DNA of 64,000 nucleotides from Octopus vulgaris (GCA_951406725.2 OX597816.1:125984001-126048000), one strand, 5' to 3'; shown: positions 14,151 through 28,380, counted from the first letter of the stretch. A program made the numbers and translations. Notes: generated by a model not told the origin, from the sequence alone.

Positions 14151-15596
14151 ATAAATTGATATCTCCAGTTGTTGTTAACACAGTGAGATATATTAATGAT
14201 AGTACAGTGAACGAAACTTTCCAGTTTCAAAATCTGACATCAGACACAACTGCAAAGGATATAATGCATTGATAAAAGGTTTTTTTACCAAACATAATTT
14301 AAGTATCAATGTCAATGATTCTGTGTGAACTGATGTGATATTGGCAATGCTTGAAAATAAATATAGCTTATCTGCACAGTTGAGACAAAAAACTTCAAAA
14401 GTTGCATGCTATCTACTGATTTGTATGTCAGCATGTTTTGGCATTAACAACATTTATTAAAAATTTCAAAACAGAATTTGACACATATGTGGGTATTTTA
14501 TTAATTCTTTTAAATTCTTGATTATTTTCAAAATTAATTGAAAAATACAGACAGCGTATTTTATAAAAATTATGGTCACAAAAGGATTAAAGCACTAGCC
14601 CACTTTAGAGTACAGCAGTAAACATTTGTGCAATATATTACATGGTTAGATTGAACTCAGAACCATGTAACTGTGAATTTTACTACAGTGAAATGAAATG
14701 TGCCAAAAGAATTTTTTCTTTAACTCAACATGAGTCAATTCTTCTATATTATAATTGTAAGCATTTCTATACATAAAATTCAGAAACCTTTTGAGAAAAA
14801 ATTCTATGAAAATATAGCTTTAGATATAAGCCTTCTGAAACGGGTATTGTCTTTTAAAAGCAATAATCAAGGGATATTTCAACCACTTCTTAAGGGAATA
14901 TATTTTAAAATAAACAACATAATTACAGACAATTATAACTCAATAAAAAGATATTTTTTACACTAAATTAATTCTTCAGTATTGTATAATAAAAATATTC
15001 TGTATTCTAACTTTATAATCATAGTTGAACTATTTTTAGTTCAACTTAAAACAAAGATAACTTATTCATATTTTCATTTCACATAAATAAATTGGTTAAA
15101 CTCTTCTCTTACAATAAGTAAAATTTTACACAACATAGCACACAAAATTTGAACTGACATAATGTAAGTTAACTAGAAATTTTAATAGTCTCATAATCAT
15201 CATTGTGTAACGTCTGATATCCCTCCTAATGCCAACCACTCCACCAAGTATACTGGATGCTTTTTATGTGATACCATCACGGGTGCTTTTAAGTGGCACC
15301 AGTGCTTTTACATCTTACTACTATGCAGCTTAACAATTCATACACATAATACAATCTACCCTTCACTCAGTGAGAGAGAGAACTTTGGTTGCCAACAGAG
15401 GTAAGAGCTCTCTGAACTTTCACCGTCCTATTCTTATTCTAGAATATACAATAATTATCAAAAAGGATGTCTGTGCAGATTTCAATTCTCCTTAAAGCAA
15501 TGTTAACCTAAAATTCATTTCAGCCAATATACTATTGTTGTTGTTTCACTCTTTCTCTCTCTCTCTCTATATATATATATATGACGCACACAAATA

Positions 15597-15602
<6 letters not shown>

Positions 15603-15627
<25 letters not shown>

Positions 15628-15746
15628 GAATATAGGCAGGGCTGGCCTGCTAGGTAGCCGGCCGAATGCTAGAAAGAGATCATCAACGATCAAACTACAA
15701 GGGAAATTCTCTTGATAATTAATATTAATTTATCTCCCTCATTACT
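15603..15746. mobile_element. Short insertion flanked by a long direct repeat (target-site duplication)
   Basis: (ta)n-atgacgcacacaaatatgtcta at 15581-15602 and again at 15764-15785; the insert begins with a (TA)n tract followed by gaatataggcagggctggcc. Confidence 0.7.
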
Positions 15747-15935
15747 TATATATATATATATATATGACGCACACAAATATGTCTACACACACATATATAC
15801 ATATTAATATACCTACATATATAACATCATACATGTATATGCATATATATTTACACATGTATATGGCAAGGATATGATTAAAATGCATGCAGGAAAAGAG
15901 CCATGGATTGGGAGTCTTAGTATTTTAAGGAGTGT

Positions 15936-15984
15936 GAAACTACCTCTTAGCCACTATTGCTAATAGTAGCTAAGAGGTGGTTCC
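15936..15984. other. 23-bp-arm hairpin/quasi-palindrome
   Basis: GAAACTACCTCTTAGCCACTATT-gct-AATAGTAGCTAAGAGGTGGTTCC; 20/23 Watson-Crick pairs. Confidence 0.85.
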
Positions 15985-16559
15985 AAGTCATGCTAATTAT
16001 TCCACAGATTGGATCTGAAATATGCTACTAGTCCATGTCAGAATAAACCTATTAACAATAGGTCTACTCTGACTTTGGGTAATAGCATACTTCAGGATCC
16101 CAGCTATGGGTCAATAAGCATGTTTTGGAATTGTCTTCAGAAAACAGTTACTCACAAATACCCCATCAGACCTAAGGAAGATGAGTCCCTTTAGCTGTTC
16201 ATCTGAGATGAAGCAATGCAATACACATCTTGCATCCCAATAAATGCTGGTCTCTTAGTGCTTGTTGAAGAGATCAATGCAAGTTTGAAAGGAGAGAGAG
16301 TGAAACTTACATTCCATAAATCAAGTTTACTATAAGAATATTCACTGAGCATGTTGCTCAATATATCAAGACACCAGCAGAAAGTACTGTGTAGTTTGTG
16401 TCTTGTTGAACTTTCAATTGTTCAAGGGATGAGAGTCCATGACCACACATTCAGACACACACAAATATTTGCATATGTATATGTACATAAATATATATAC
16501 ACACAGGTAATATCACTGCATATCTCTCATGAATATCACTGCATATCACTCCCATCTTT

Positions 16560-17760
16560 GTTTCAGGGAGTAGAGTTGTAGTTTTTTCAGTCTCTTCCAG
16601 TAGTTCAGCTATTCCTCAAGTTCTGCTATTAATTTGACACTGTGTTGTGACTACAGTTGAGAGCAATAGTCCAGATGGCTGAGGACAAATGTATTCTATA
16701 GAACCAGCATAGTTTTCTGGTCCCTTGTTCTGAAAGGTTTCAGAATCCATCCAGCCATTCACTTGCATATTGCCCCCATTTGCTAATATGCATGTGAAAG
16801 GAGGTGTCATTGCTCAAATCAAATCTCAGATCACACACTCTACTTGACTCTAGGATTGCTGCTCTTTCTGGTTCAAAGTATCTTTATTGCAGCTAGTTGA
16901 TAGTAGAGGGTTTAGAATTTTCCTGTATCAAATTGCAAGTTGCTTTCTTCAGTCCATTTACATATGGCATGTAGGTCCTTCTGTAGAAGATTAGCCTCAA
17001 AGGGTTCCTTAACTGCTTGTACTATTTTTGTGTTATTGACACAGCTAGTAAGTGTGGATGTGTGTGTAACTGATGGCTATAGCATGTCCAAAAGAATTAC
17101 CATAAACAACAGCAGCCCCCAAGACAGTTCTCTGAAGCACTCCACTCGCTATTACTGTCTCCTGAGAGAAGGTCTTATTTATTTCCACAGCCTGATTTCT
17201 CAGTTTTCTGACTATATTGAGTCTCTATAGCTTGTGACTTATCATTCCATGATTGGCCTTATCAAAGGGCTTTACAAAATCAAGATATATCACATCCATG
17301 TTTGAGTGATTCATTAGTGGTTTTAGTGGTTTTAATGATGTAGGAGCTGTGTAAGGCAGCTTCTTCCTGATTGGAAGCCATGCTGGGTGCCAGGGAACAA
17401 GTCCTTATGTCCTAGGATGGTGATCAGCTTTCTCCTGACAATAGATTCCATGACTTTGCAGACATGTGAGTTTAGAGAGACAAGCATGTAATTTTTACAT
17501 GCTCCTCCTTTGTGGATAGAACATCTTATACCTTCCATTAAATTTCTGGGTAGTCTCCCAGTTGCAAGGAAGCTTTGGAAGAGTATCTGTAGTGGTCTTA
17601 TTAGAGTCTCTTTGCATTTCTTTCAGAGAATTGCTGGAAATCCACAGGCCTGAGCTGGGTTTAATCTCATTTCATTAATGACTGACATTACATCAGTTTC
17701 CACTATTTTGATGTAATAAAAAATTGTCATCTTTTGTGTAGAGCTGTGGTAACAAAGAAT
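16560..17760 (-). mobile_element. Decayed CR1/Jockey-group LINE relic (older relative of the 36.8-39.2 kb element)
   Basis: QHGFQSGRSCLTQLLHH, IYLDFVKPFDKANHG and SGVLQRTVLG remnants; many stops. Confidence 0.85.
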
Positions 17761-19113
17761 TCATGCCCTCCCTTTTTCATGAGAATGTCTGAGCTCACTT
17801 TCAAATTGAAGCAATGTTTGTTTAAGAAAGAATACGTTGCTATCCTTCAGTGGCCGATTTAGATGGTTTGAGATCTTTGCTCATCATCACTGCAATGCTT
17901 GAAGCAAATTACAGTACTCTTTTATTATCTAACATTTCTAATTCTTTGATGACGGAGTTTCACCTCTATAACTGAAAGACTGGTAAAACTGATTTATCAT
18001 TCTTTAGTTATATGCATTAATGTTAAAGATGATCTTATAAATATCACAGAATCTGAAAAGTTTCTTCTTGTAGACAATAAAAAGAATTGGTTTATGAACA
18101 CATGCCTTGACAGTATCAATCCTTAGTATCAATACAAGAAACTTATTTAAAATAATATATGATGTGTAACAAGCCAGTTGATTACTTTCAATAGATCAGA
18201 TCAAGATTCTCTTAAATCATAACTATTCATAAACACTGGCTTCAGTAGCATGACAAAATCATCAGAATATCCAAATTAACATGGATTGTGTGTTGATCAT
18301 TACTCATTTACAATATATACATTATCAACATTAATGAACTAGAAATAAGAGAGCAAAATAATAAAATCTAAGAATAATTAATCTCGTTTGTCTACTTTCC
18401 AAATTCAAATCCTGTTGAAATTGATTTTGCCTTTCATTTTTTCACAGATTCAGCAATGCATGTTTTAGAACTTTCTTTTTAATCAACTATACATTCCTTC
18501 CAAGAAGACTTTACTCTTTTATTTCATGAGAAAATCAATATTTAGTAAGCAACTAGTTAGTTAAAATTACAAATATACGATGTAATCCAAAAGTCTAACA
18601 GATTATACTGCCAATACATATGATATCAGTTGAATTTTGATTTCAAAGATATAAATGAAAATATTCTTTTATACAGAGCATTTCCTAAGCATAAATTTTG
18701 TTTTGTTACCACGTGATGCAGCTGACCAACACTCTGACACAACTTCTAGCATGAATTATAGAAAAGTAGGTAACAAATATAAATGTTACTGATTCCAACC
18801 TTGTATTATCATCACAAAACAATCCTCATGTAAAATTAATATGTAGTATCCATAAAAATGTATTTTTGGTTTCTATATTTGTTTTTACTGGCTGCCATCC
18901 CAAATTAATATATTTTCTCTGAAAATTGTTGGCTGATGTCAGATGGAAGTTCCAAATGTATAATTTACAAGGATAAAGCATAGATGGTTGTCTAGCAATA
19001 TTCAATGAATTGTGATTTCAAATTTAAAGAAATACTTTTTTTTTATTTTTAGAAAGCAGTCAATAGAAATGACAGGAAAAGGAACTATGAAGATGTGTAT
19101 ATACATATATACA

Positions 19114-19175
19114 TGTGTGTGTGTGTGCGTGCATGTTGTGTGTGTGTGAGAGAGAGAGTGTGTGTGTGTGTGTGT
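19114..19175. repeat. (GT)n/(GA)n microsatellite
   Basis: Directly visible. Confidence 0.9.
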
Positions 19176-21309
19176 ATCCATATTTATATCCATATAATAT
19201 ATATGGATATATGTGCATGCTTTTTGTGTGTGTGTGCTCCAAACAAATATAAATGCATGTCCAGGAACATAAGAATTTAATCAATATCACATATGTGTGT
19301 TAATTTTGAATAGTATTAACATCAGGGGCATAAACATTGATCTAAAAATATAATATCAAAAGAGAAAAGTGATATATGTTTCATTTACTTTGTATAATTA
19401 TTATGAATATAATATTCACTTGATCAATGAAATTTTTATGTTGAAATCATAAGTTCTACACAGTAACTGAATATGTTAGACCAATGTGATTGAAGAAAGT
19501 ACAATAACTGAAAATAAATTTCATCACCCAATTGCCATTATCACAAATATCTCATTTGTAAACTAAAATAAATATTTAAATTTTGTTACACAATACACAT
19601 TATATTTCAGCAGCTTTACATTTCAGCTAGAACAGATGATTTAAAACTAATTTCAATTCAATTTTCATTCAAATTTTTGAAACGTGTCCATTGAATTCAT
19701 AGAAAGAAAGACTGTTATATGTATAAATATAAAGGAGGATACATTAAAAAATTCTAAACAATATAATAGGACAAATTCTACAATTGTTCACAAATGTGAA
19801 GCCTACCAAATATGATTTGTAGTTTTATTTTCATAGAATTGCTGAAATAGATGACAGTGTAATGCACTGAGATAAGTAGATAAGATTAGCACTAATAGTT
19901 GTCCACTCTCACAACACAACCGAGATATTCAAGCTATTAACTTCATACCAGTTTCTCAAGCTGAACTTTAAGTATAATAATCTGCTTCTAAATAAAATAA
20001 CAAAAAGTAAATATTTCCCCAAATGATAAATGTGGGAACAATTTAAATATAAAACTTTAAAAAAGATTAATTTCTGTAATTCCATGATAACTTACACACA
20101 CATATAACAAAGAATGATTGAGATGCCACCTCATTGATTATTCAATGCCTGACAATGCTACACAACTGCAACAATTACTAGGTTTGTTTAGTTAACAATT
20201 TAAATGATTATCTCCTTTCACAGAATTAATATACCCAATGCTATTACAACCTACATTTCTATATCAATCAAAGACACTTAAATGCTATTCATCAACTTAA
20301 AATTTTAAAATCCACTTCCTTTTTTTTACCTGATTTTCTTGAAGTCTCACTATATGTTGAAAGCAATGCTTCTGGAACTAAAATCTCAGGCATACATTCA
20401 CAGTAGAAGGTTGAGAAGAAACTGATCTACCTGCCTTCTCAGAACACTTTCTCAATCTGAACAGAAATCCCTTGTAAATTGAAAAAGGGGCTCTGGCCAT
20501 CACAAAAACCAATTGAAAATGGTGAACCTTTTTCATTATTCAAAATACACAGCAACTAGCAATCCATCTCATTCATTTTTTTAGTTACAAAAGTAGAATA
20601 AAAAATGAAAAACGACAAGATTTTTTTGTTGGTGGACTGAAGGTATATATGTCAAAGAAACACACCTACCAGAAGCATCACTATAAAACTTAGAATTGCA
20701 AATTGGCACAAGCTTTTTTGTGTCATCTAGACATCACTCAATTATAGTATCATGTCAGCTGAAAGAACATAACATTTTCCTTGAGAGATATTAAATCTTA
20801 AAACCTTGAATTTGGTTTGAATTTTTTCAAAACCAGAATCATAGTTCCTGCCAAACTTTTTGAATCCATTCAAACTCTGAGCATCTACATCATTGTTGAC
20901 TTCAAAAGTTTACTGCCATTGTATAAGGCTTACTACCTGTTGATTATAGAAATTAGTGAGCACTAAAGGTTTCCCTCCATGTTTGTGTGCTGGAATGTAG
21001 TAGTTGCTTTAATAATTTACTTTCTTCAAAATATATTCTCTGCATTTGGTGCTCCAGTTTCAACCCACTCAAACCACAGATTCTAATTTATGTTTTTACC
21101 TTTTTGATTAAATGACGAATATTGCTCAAATCAAAACAGCTATCTTACTGACTGAACATCAAAACTGAATTCCTTGGAGAATAATAACAGTTGATTTTCA
21201 TTATAAAAAATCTGCCAGAAAACAATGGTCGTGACATTTTAGACGAATCAGTCCATGTGTTTATGTCTTTCCTTTGCACTGTAACAAACTAGATGCCTTA
21301 AGATAGTCT

Positions 21310-21950
21310 TTAACTCTCAGTATTTATCATCATCAGAAGTTTCACCTAGAAGGCTATCTGAACCAAAGGAAATTTTGTTTAGATGATCTAATGTGAAGAT
21401 GCCGACGACCGCTCGGTTCAAAGTCACCCTTGACCACAAATGGCCTGAACTCTTTGCATGAACACCACCCTGTACATAACTCCATGTCCCCCTACATGGC
21501 CTTGCTTTTTGTTTTTTGAGCCAAAAAATTAATTTAACTTAACTTAATTCCAACTATAAATACAATGAAAGGTTGGATGTGTTTAACTGATGCTCCTCAT
21601 AACCATAGTCATAGACTCTTAAATAAAAATATTACTAAATGAAAGAATGAGTTACATATGGATTTGATAGCATTCTGACCCAAAAGAGACTTCTATTGAT
21701 GACTGCTACAATGCTAGCTTGTCAGAGAGTCCAGCTCAAAAAGGCTCTAAGTCAATAGATAGATGTTTTTTCCATGATTGCCACAGTAGTATGCAGAGAG
21801 ATCAAGCTTGACAGGTATAAGATGAAAGAAAGTGCAGTATCAATCCTGTTACTGAAGAAGAAATGACAACCTCATCCCTTCAGATTCCTCATCATTCAAC
21901 AAGACTCTCAGAAGTCCAGGAGAGACTAAATCTTTTAATGTTATAAATTG
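21310..21950 (+). pseudogene. Possible decayed Ser/Glu-rich coding exon on the + strand
   Basis: One frame reads HSDPKETSIDDCYNASLSESPAQKGSKSIDRC..QA*QV*DERKCSINPVTEEEMTTSSLQIPHHSTRLSEVQERL with sparse stops; upstream SQYLSSSEVSPRRLSEPKE. Confidence 0.25.
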
Positions 21951-23913
21951 CTACTTCAAGCTCTGGTACAGATAGTCTTTTAAATAGAAATGCACAGTCA
22001 TCTTGCCTAGTATAGCTGAACTATAGCTTCTCAAATACTGTTTCATATTACAATACCAAACTTACACACAATATGTTTCTGAATTCCATAATAATAATTC
22101 TAAAGACTATACTAAAAAGGAGATGCTGAAACAAATACTTAAATTCTCACACAGTCATATCAGTCAATTCAACAACCAGTGTAAATAATTTATCCATGTC
22201 AGGCTTTCTCATGACCACCAATGAAAATGACATGGAATGTATCAAATAAAGGAAGAAACTTCTAAGTAATTACTTTACTTGTGAGATATAGTAACCAAAT
22301 TCTTTCAAAAAATGACACCTTACTGTCTCAAAGAAAGCAAAAGATACAACTGGCATAGGGGTTCTAAAGATATACAAAAAGATGGAATGGCTATGGCTGG
22401 AATATTTTTGATTAAAGGTCTGTTCAACAAGGAGGTAATTTAGGGCAAAACAACACTACAAAGTGCATTCTTTAGATTAATTATTGTGACTTTTATGACT
22501 GTATTCATTATCTAGTGTGTTAGCTTAAGTCCTCTGCAAATTCAATAAAACACATTTGCCTTTGTTGCTTTAAATAAATTTAATATCCCCTGCATAGTAA
22601 GTATGAAAAAAAGGCAACATTTAATAAGGAAACATATATAAGATAATATAGTTAAATTCTGCTGAATCATTCATAACATGAAAGCACATTTTATGAATAT
22701 CTCTCATGATATATTTTTAAAAGAGCTTGCTTCCTTCTCTTTGTATACTAGAACCTATGGAATATTTTTGCTAAATGGTTCTTTCAAACAAACTCATGAA
22801 TATAAACAGACACACATACATATGTACTTATATACACAAAGCTTTGTACTAAATGAAGCTGGTGATAAAGTGAAATTGACAATTTTCATTATAGTATAAC
22901 ATAGAAGTCAATATTTGTATGAAGATTCCCAAATGACCTTGTCACAATTTCAATTAACAAGATAGGTAAGACAGCAGTATATTAGCTGAAGTGAGTGGAA
23001 GAGTAAGATATGAATAAAGAAGATGATTAACTAAGTGTGAGTGAAAGAGTAATTAGATAATAGAGAGTTTGTTTTATTAACTGATTTCACCCACATATTG
23101 ATAACTGTTTTCCTCCTCTTTTTATAACATAATTCAACATCTACCATTAGCTAGGTTCCTTCTATCTCTCAATATGTGAGCCTGTGTCATTGTATCTCTT
23201 TCATATTCAATGTCTGCATAATTAAAATCCATACTGAAAGAAACATTGTCATTTTCAAAGTATGTAATACTGGTTATATTTATAAAACTGAACACTGATT
23301 TGAACCAATATTCAGCACTCATTTATTAATGTCTCTCACAAGCATTTCAAAAGAGGAACTGAGTAAATTTGCATTTATCTATTTTCATATGTTTTTATAT
23401 TTTACAAATCTTAATATTCAGATATATGCTTGTATTGTTAAAGCAAATGTTTTCTAACCTAGTGTCCTTCCTGTCATAAATCAGTAAAAAATGTACATAC
23501 ATATATAACATCAAATCAAATAATTCATTCACTAACATACATAATAAAAATTAATTTGTTGCATATACATAACATAATGAATTCTGGTCTATGTCATAAT
23601 CAAATGAAGTAAACAAGTAACTATAGTGATTAAATTACTTTAAATTTGGATTGACAAAGTAATGATATTTTATGAATAGTTAATAGCGAACTATATATTT
23701 AAAATATGAATGCTTCTATATATACTATACAAAACATATAAAAGCTACATTTTCAGTAAAAATCATGCCTCTATCTACTTAACATACATGCTTTGACAGT
23801 AAATTGTTAGGAAATGAAATAAAATTGACAAAAGAGCTACAACAATCATCCACTATAAATATTGACTAAAGCAGTACAAAAGATACAAATACATGAAAAA
23901 TATCATCACTTAC

Positions 23914-23988
23914 TTCTGCATTTGGCATTAAATGTGAGTCCACACTGACGGTGCATATAATATCCTTTTCCACAGTCCTTTGTGCATT
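23914..23988 (-). CDS. Segment B exon: TNFR-like Cys module 2 (ECTKDCGKGYYMHRQCGLTFNAKCR)
   Basis: attttag|AA..A|gtaagt, 75 nt, phase 1-1, C-x3-C-x2-G-x6-C-x7-C spacing. Confidence 0.9.
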
Positions 23989-25768
23989 CTAAAATATTTT
24001 GAACAAAAACCATTAATTGCTTATGATCAAATTGCAGAAAGAAAAAAAAAGATAAAAGGCTTATACATAATATCTCTTTTCTTATGTTTTACTATCTTTT
24101 AAGTTATACTAATGCATTTTGAAAATTCTTCTGAAATGTTATCACTAAATATTCCATACTATGCGTTTAACTACTTGGCATTAAAGCTGTGTCATTTAAT
24201 TCCTGTGGATCAGCTTCACATCTAGTTCACAACAACAGAGCAGTGTTGACCAAAACCAAACTAAATGAATTTGTAAAGTAACTAGAAGAAGGTTACCAAT
24301 TATATATAGAAAACAAAGTTTCCATTAAAAAAACTATTGAAAACAAAAACAATATTGTTTAATATTTTTGTTTACACCTTCAATAATGTGTATTGTTGAG
24401 TAAAATACATCACACTGAGTTTGTTTTGTTTACATATGTCATTATCTTGCTAGCAGCAGGTAAAAAATGCAATATGCATATCGCTATTTAGATATATGAA
24501 GTTGAGAAAAGTATTAGTCAAAATCAAACTAAAATTTATTTAAAAAGAAAGATGAAAATGGCTTGCATATATTTTAAACAACAATATTCTCATAACATGT
24601 TACACCTACACACAACACACAAATGAACATACACAATTACAAAACAGTAAGCTATTAAATGAGACTAGCTTTTCTCAAGTTAAACAAGTATCTGGTACAA
24701 ATACAACAAAGCCCCTAACCACAATATGTTTTTGAATATCTTCTTCCATTTCCAACAACCATAAAAATACATCACAAGAATATTTTTGAATAAAGTAGGA
24801 GTGGGTTTATTAGAACTGGTATTCAAGAATAGTAATTTTATGCTGTATTAAAATGAAACTAAATTACCACAGTAACAATGTACTTGGGGAAAAAATTTAC
24901 AAAGAAATTGCAATTTTGTACCAAATTGTTTCAGTCTACTTTCATAGCGTTCACATTAAGTTACATAAATACTTTACATAAAATATTTAATACCAGATTT
25001 TAAGTTTGACCCCACTGTACAAATGGATTCAACCACAGCTTCAGGTTAAACAAAGAATTATGAATGAAATTAAGTCAGTGGAAACTGTCTGGAAGTCTGT
25101 GGGAGGGATTGTTCCAGTTTAAGGGTGGTGAATTTAATCCAATGCCAGGTGTAACACGAACACCTGGTCTTTAAGGGTCTTTTTGCACATTGCAAATATT
25201 CAGGCCAGGTCTTTGATGTGAGAATAAATTTCTCCACTTCTTCTTTGCACCAGTCTCTGGAAAGGGTCATGGGCTTCAGCCCTTTACCTCTGACTAAACA
25301 ATAAACATGCAAAATTGCTATACAATGTATCTCACTCAACTACAAACATCTTACATTTCAAGCGGACCACTTCAATTATTAACTTTTGCCACACTATAAG
25401 ATAAAATATAATATGCTAGCTTTGCCATAAGCAATTATGGTCTTAATGATATTATACAGTAATATATAATATTATAAACAAATGATTTTTCAGACACTAT
25501 CATGAGCCCCAAACTTGCACATTTGTCAGGAGTAAATGTAGTCAGTTTAATCATTATGGCATTTATTTTATTGACCCCAGAAGGATGAAAGGTAAAGACA
25601 GCCTCACCAAAATTTGAGTAAAAAGTTTGAAAGAAGAGACGAAATGGTACAAGATAATGTATTCAAGTCTGAGTAACCTACTGTGTCTAGCAATTTATCT
25701 TCATGAAAAAAAGAAAGAGAAAAAATGTTTACATTCAAATAAAAGTATAAACTAGTCTTTGATTTTAC

Positions 25769-25843
25769 CTTCGCAGATTTTCTGTTCCTTATCTGAACAT
25801 GGCTGCACTTCAAACATTCCTTTTTCACATGGTGCAGAACATT
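25769..25843 (-). CDS. Segment B exon: TNFR-like Cys module 1 (ECSAPCEKGMFEVQPCSDKEQKICE)
   Basis: tctctttttgcatatag|AA..G|gtaaaa, 75 nt, phase 1-1, same Cys spacing as the next exon. Confidence 0.9.
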
Positions 25844-26525
25844 CTATATGCAAAAAGAGAAAAACAAAACAATATATATACATATATAAACATATATTAG
25901 AAAAAATAAATTCCATTAACTTTTTAAACAAAGCATATTATTCAAAATAGAAAATTAATCAATATGGAATAAATATTAGATATCATGCATATATTACATA
26001 CTAAGTATGTAACACACACACAAACACGTTTGTCTGAGAGAAAGGGAAGGGAGAGAGAAAGGAGAGTCACACACTGATAATTTCACAAGCCTAAACAGAA
26101 AAAAAGATAGTGTATCTATCTTCCAACACCATATCATGGCACATTTATTCCAGTATGCTTCATAGCATCAGCTTTATTTCAACATATATCCATTTCCACC
26201 ATTTACTGACTAAATCAGCTCAAGCTTGGGATTTCTAATTTGTTTACAATATGCATGCAACAGACCAAACAAAACTTATCCTTGTTGAACTGTTGCATAT
26301 TCTTAGCATTAACCAACCAATCTTCCATATCATACAGCATTACAAAGATCATATAAAAATCTTGAATTTCATTAGAAAGAGATTTGGAAATCGGTCTTAA
26401 ACTCTTTTCCAACCTCCTTCAAGTTTGACAGAAGCTTTATCTTTATTCATTTTATATTAATTATACTAATAATTATGTTACTCGACAGGAAAGGTAAACA
26501 ATACTCTATAGAATAAGTACTATAC

Positions 26526-26648
26526 CTTGGCAAGACTGTCCATCACCATAATATTCACCACTACATACACACTGATAGCTTCCTTTTGTATTTAGACAAC
26601 CTGCATACGCATGACATTGAGCTGTACCATCTGAACACTCGTTTACAT
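26526..26648 (-). CDS. Segment B exon: calcium-binding EGF domain (DVNECSDGTAQCHAYAGCLNTKGSYQCVCSGEYYGDGQSCQ)
   Basis: cttttattttag|AT..G|gtatag, 123 nt, phase 1-1; D-x-N-E-C and C-x-N-x-x-G-S-Y-x-C cbEGF consensus. Confidence 0.95.
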
Positions 26649-26850
26649 CTAAAATAAAAGAAATTTTTTAAATTATCAAAAATATATCACATTAAGAGTA
26701 AAATGAGAAATATAACTGAAGACAATGAAAAGGTTAGAAAACAGGGAACTTGGAAAGCTATTTTTAAGGGACACATAATACATTTTATTATATTTTATGG
26801 ATAACAATAACAGCTTCAGTTAATAAAATACAAGTATCATATTTACTTAC

Positions 26851-26988
26851 CAGCACATTTTTCATTTAGATCTAGTTTGTAACCTTTGCGACAAATACAT
26901 CGTCCTGTGTTCTCATCACAGCCTTGTTCACACCATCTGGACTCACACATATCAGAGTTGTAGCTCATGAGGATTGGATTTTTTACCT
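26851..26988 (-). CDS. Segment B exon: EGF-like domain (EVKNPILMSYNSDMCESRWCEQGCDENTGRCICRKGYKLDLNEKCA)
   Basis: ctcttttcacag|AG..G|gtaagt, 138 nt, phase 1-1; six Cys with CxCxxGY. Confidence 0.93.
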
Positions 26989-27774
26989 CTGTGAAAAGAG
27001 ATCATAAACAATCCTAATTAAGCTTAATGTTAAATGTATTTCCATTATAATATTTATAAATTTCATTTTATAGCACTCGGGATTCAAATTCAAACATTGG
27101 ACTTAAATACAGCGAAGTACTTCAACATTCTACTTTTTCTGCTAGTGATGGCCTTTTCCTGTATCTCAGAAAGAATTTCTTACATAAGCACAAGACTATA
27201 CATTGTAGAATGTTAGGTTAACCCAATTCAAGACCAGTAAAACTAATCAGCTGAAACTGAACTCAAAATCAAGGAAAATGGAACTAAATACTGACAGGTA
27301 TTTAGATTGTCAGATTATCATTTCTACAGCAATACAACCCATGTTTTTTTTTTTGTCAGTATTAATGGTTCACAATAAGTAAACCATTTAAAATCTCAAC
27401 TGCATGAGTTTGTATTCAGATTAAAAGACATTATCTTATGATAGCACATAACATCAGAAAATATATGCTAGATATTTTGTATAAAAAATAACTGAGAAAT
27501 TATATTCAAAGTATCTTGTAAGATTTGGTGAAAGAATATTCTTTATTAGAATGAGATACATATATCAACTTTGAAACTAATATCATTCCGATTTCTGTTT
27601 TATAAAATATTTTATTAGTTGTTACAAAGTTGTAATTTGGAACATCTAGTGTTGTATATTCAACGCATAAAAATAAGAAGTGAAAATACATTAAGTTTAG
27701 AAGTTATTTCTAAAATGTAAATTATGCCAAAATATGATTGTAAAAATTGCTAATTGAGAAAAAATGTTATCTTT

Positions 27775-28380
27775 ATGGGTGCAAGCATGGCTAGGTTAAA
27801 AGGTTTGCTTTGTAACTGTATGGTTTCAGGTCTGATTCCATTGCATGGTGACTTATGCAAGTGACTTTTGCTGTAAATTTGATTGACAAATGCCTCATTA
27901 TTGAAATTTAGTAAACAGATATTAAGCAGAAAGCCACCATACAAACACATACATATATGTATGTAGTTGTATGTGTGTGTATGTGTGTGTATATATATTT
28001 CTGCTTTCTTCTACCTGTTTTAGTCATTACACTGTGGCCATGCTGGGCACTACCCTCAAGAATCATAATTGCACAAATTGAACCAGTACTTATTTTTTAA
28101 AGCTTGGAACTTATTTTACTGATCTCTTTTTGATGCTAAGTTATGAGGATGAAAACACACCAACATTGGTTGTCAAACGGTGGTGAGGGACAAACACAGA
28201 CAACCACACAGATATATATATATAATAGGCTTCTTTCAGTTTCCATCTACCAAATCCATACACAAGGTTTTGGTTGACCAAGGCTATAGAAGACACTTGC
28301 CAAAAGTTCTGTGAAGTGGGGCTGAACCAGCAAGCATGTGGTTAGAAAGCAAACTTCTTACCAAATAGCCATGCCTATAC
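27775..28380. mobile_element. Two tail-to-tail decayed SINEs separated by a (TG/TA) tract
   Basis: tRNA-like head at 27775 (+) and a reverse head ending ~28378 (agcaaacttcttacc..agccatgcct); typical body motifs. Confidence 0.65.
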
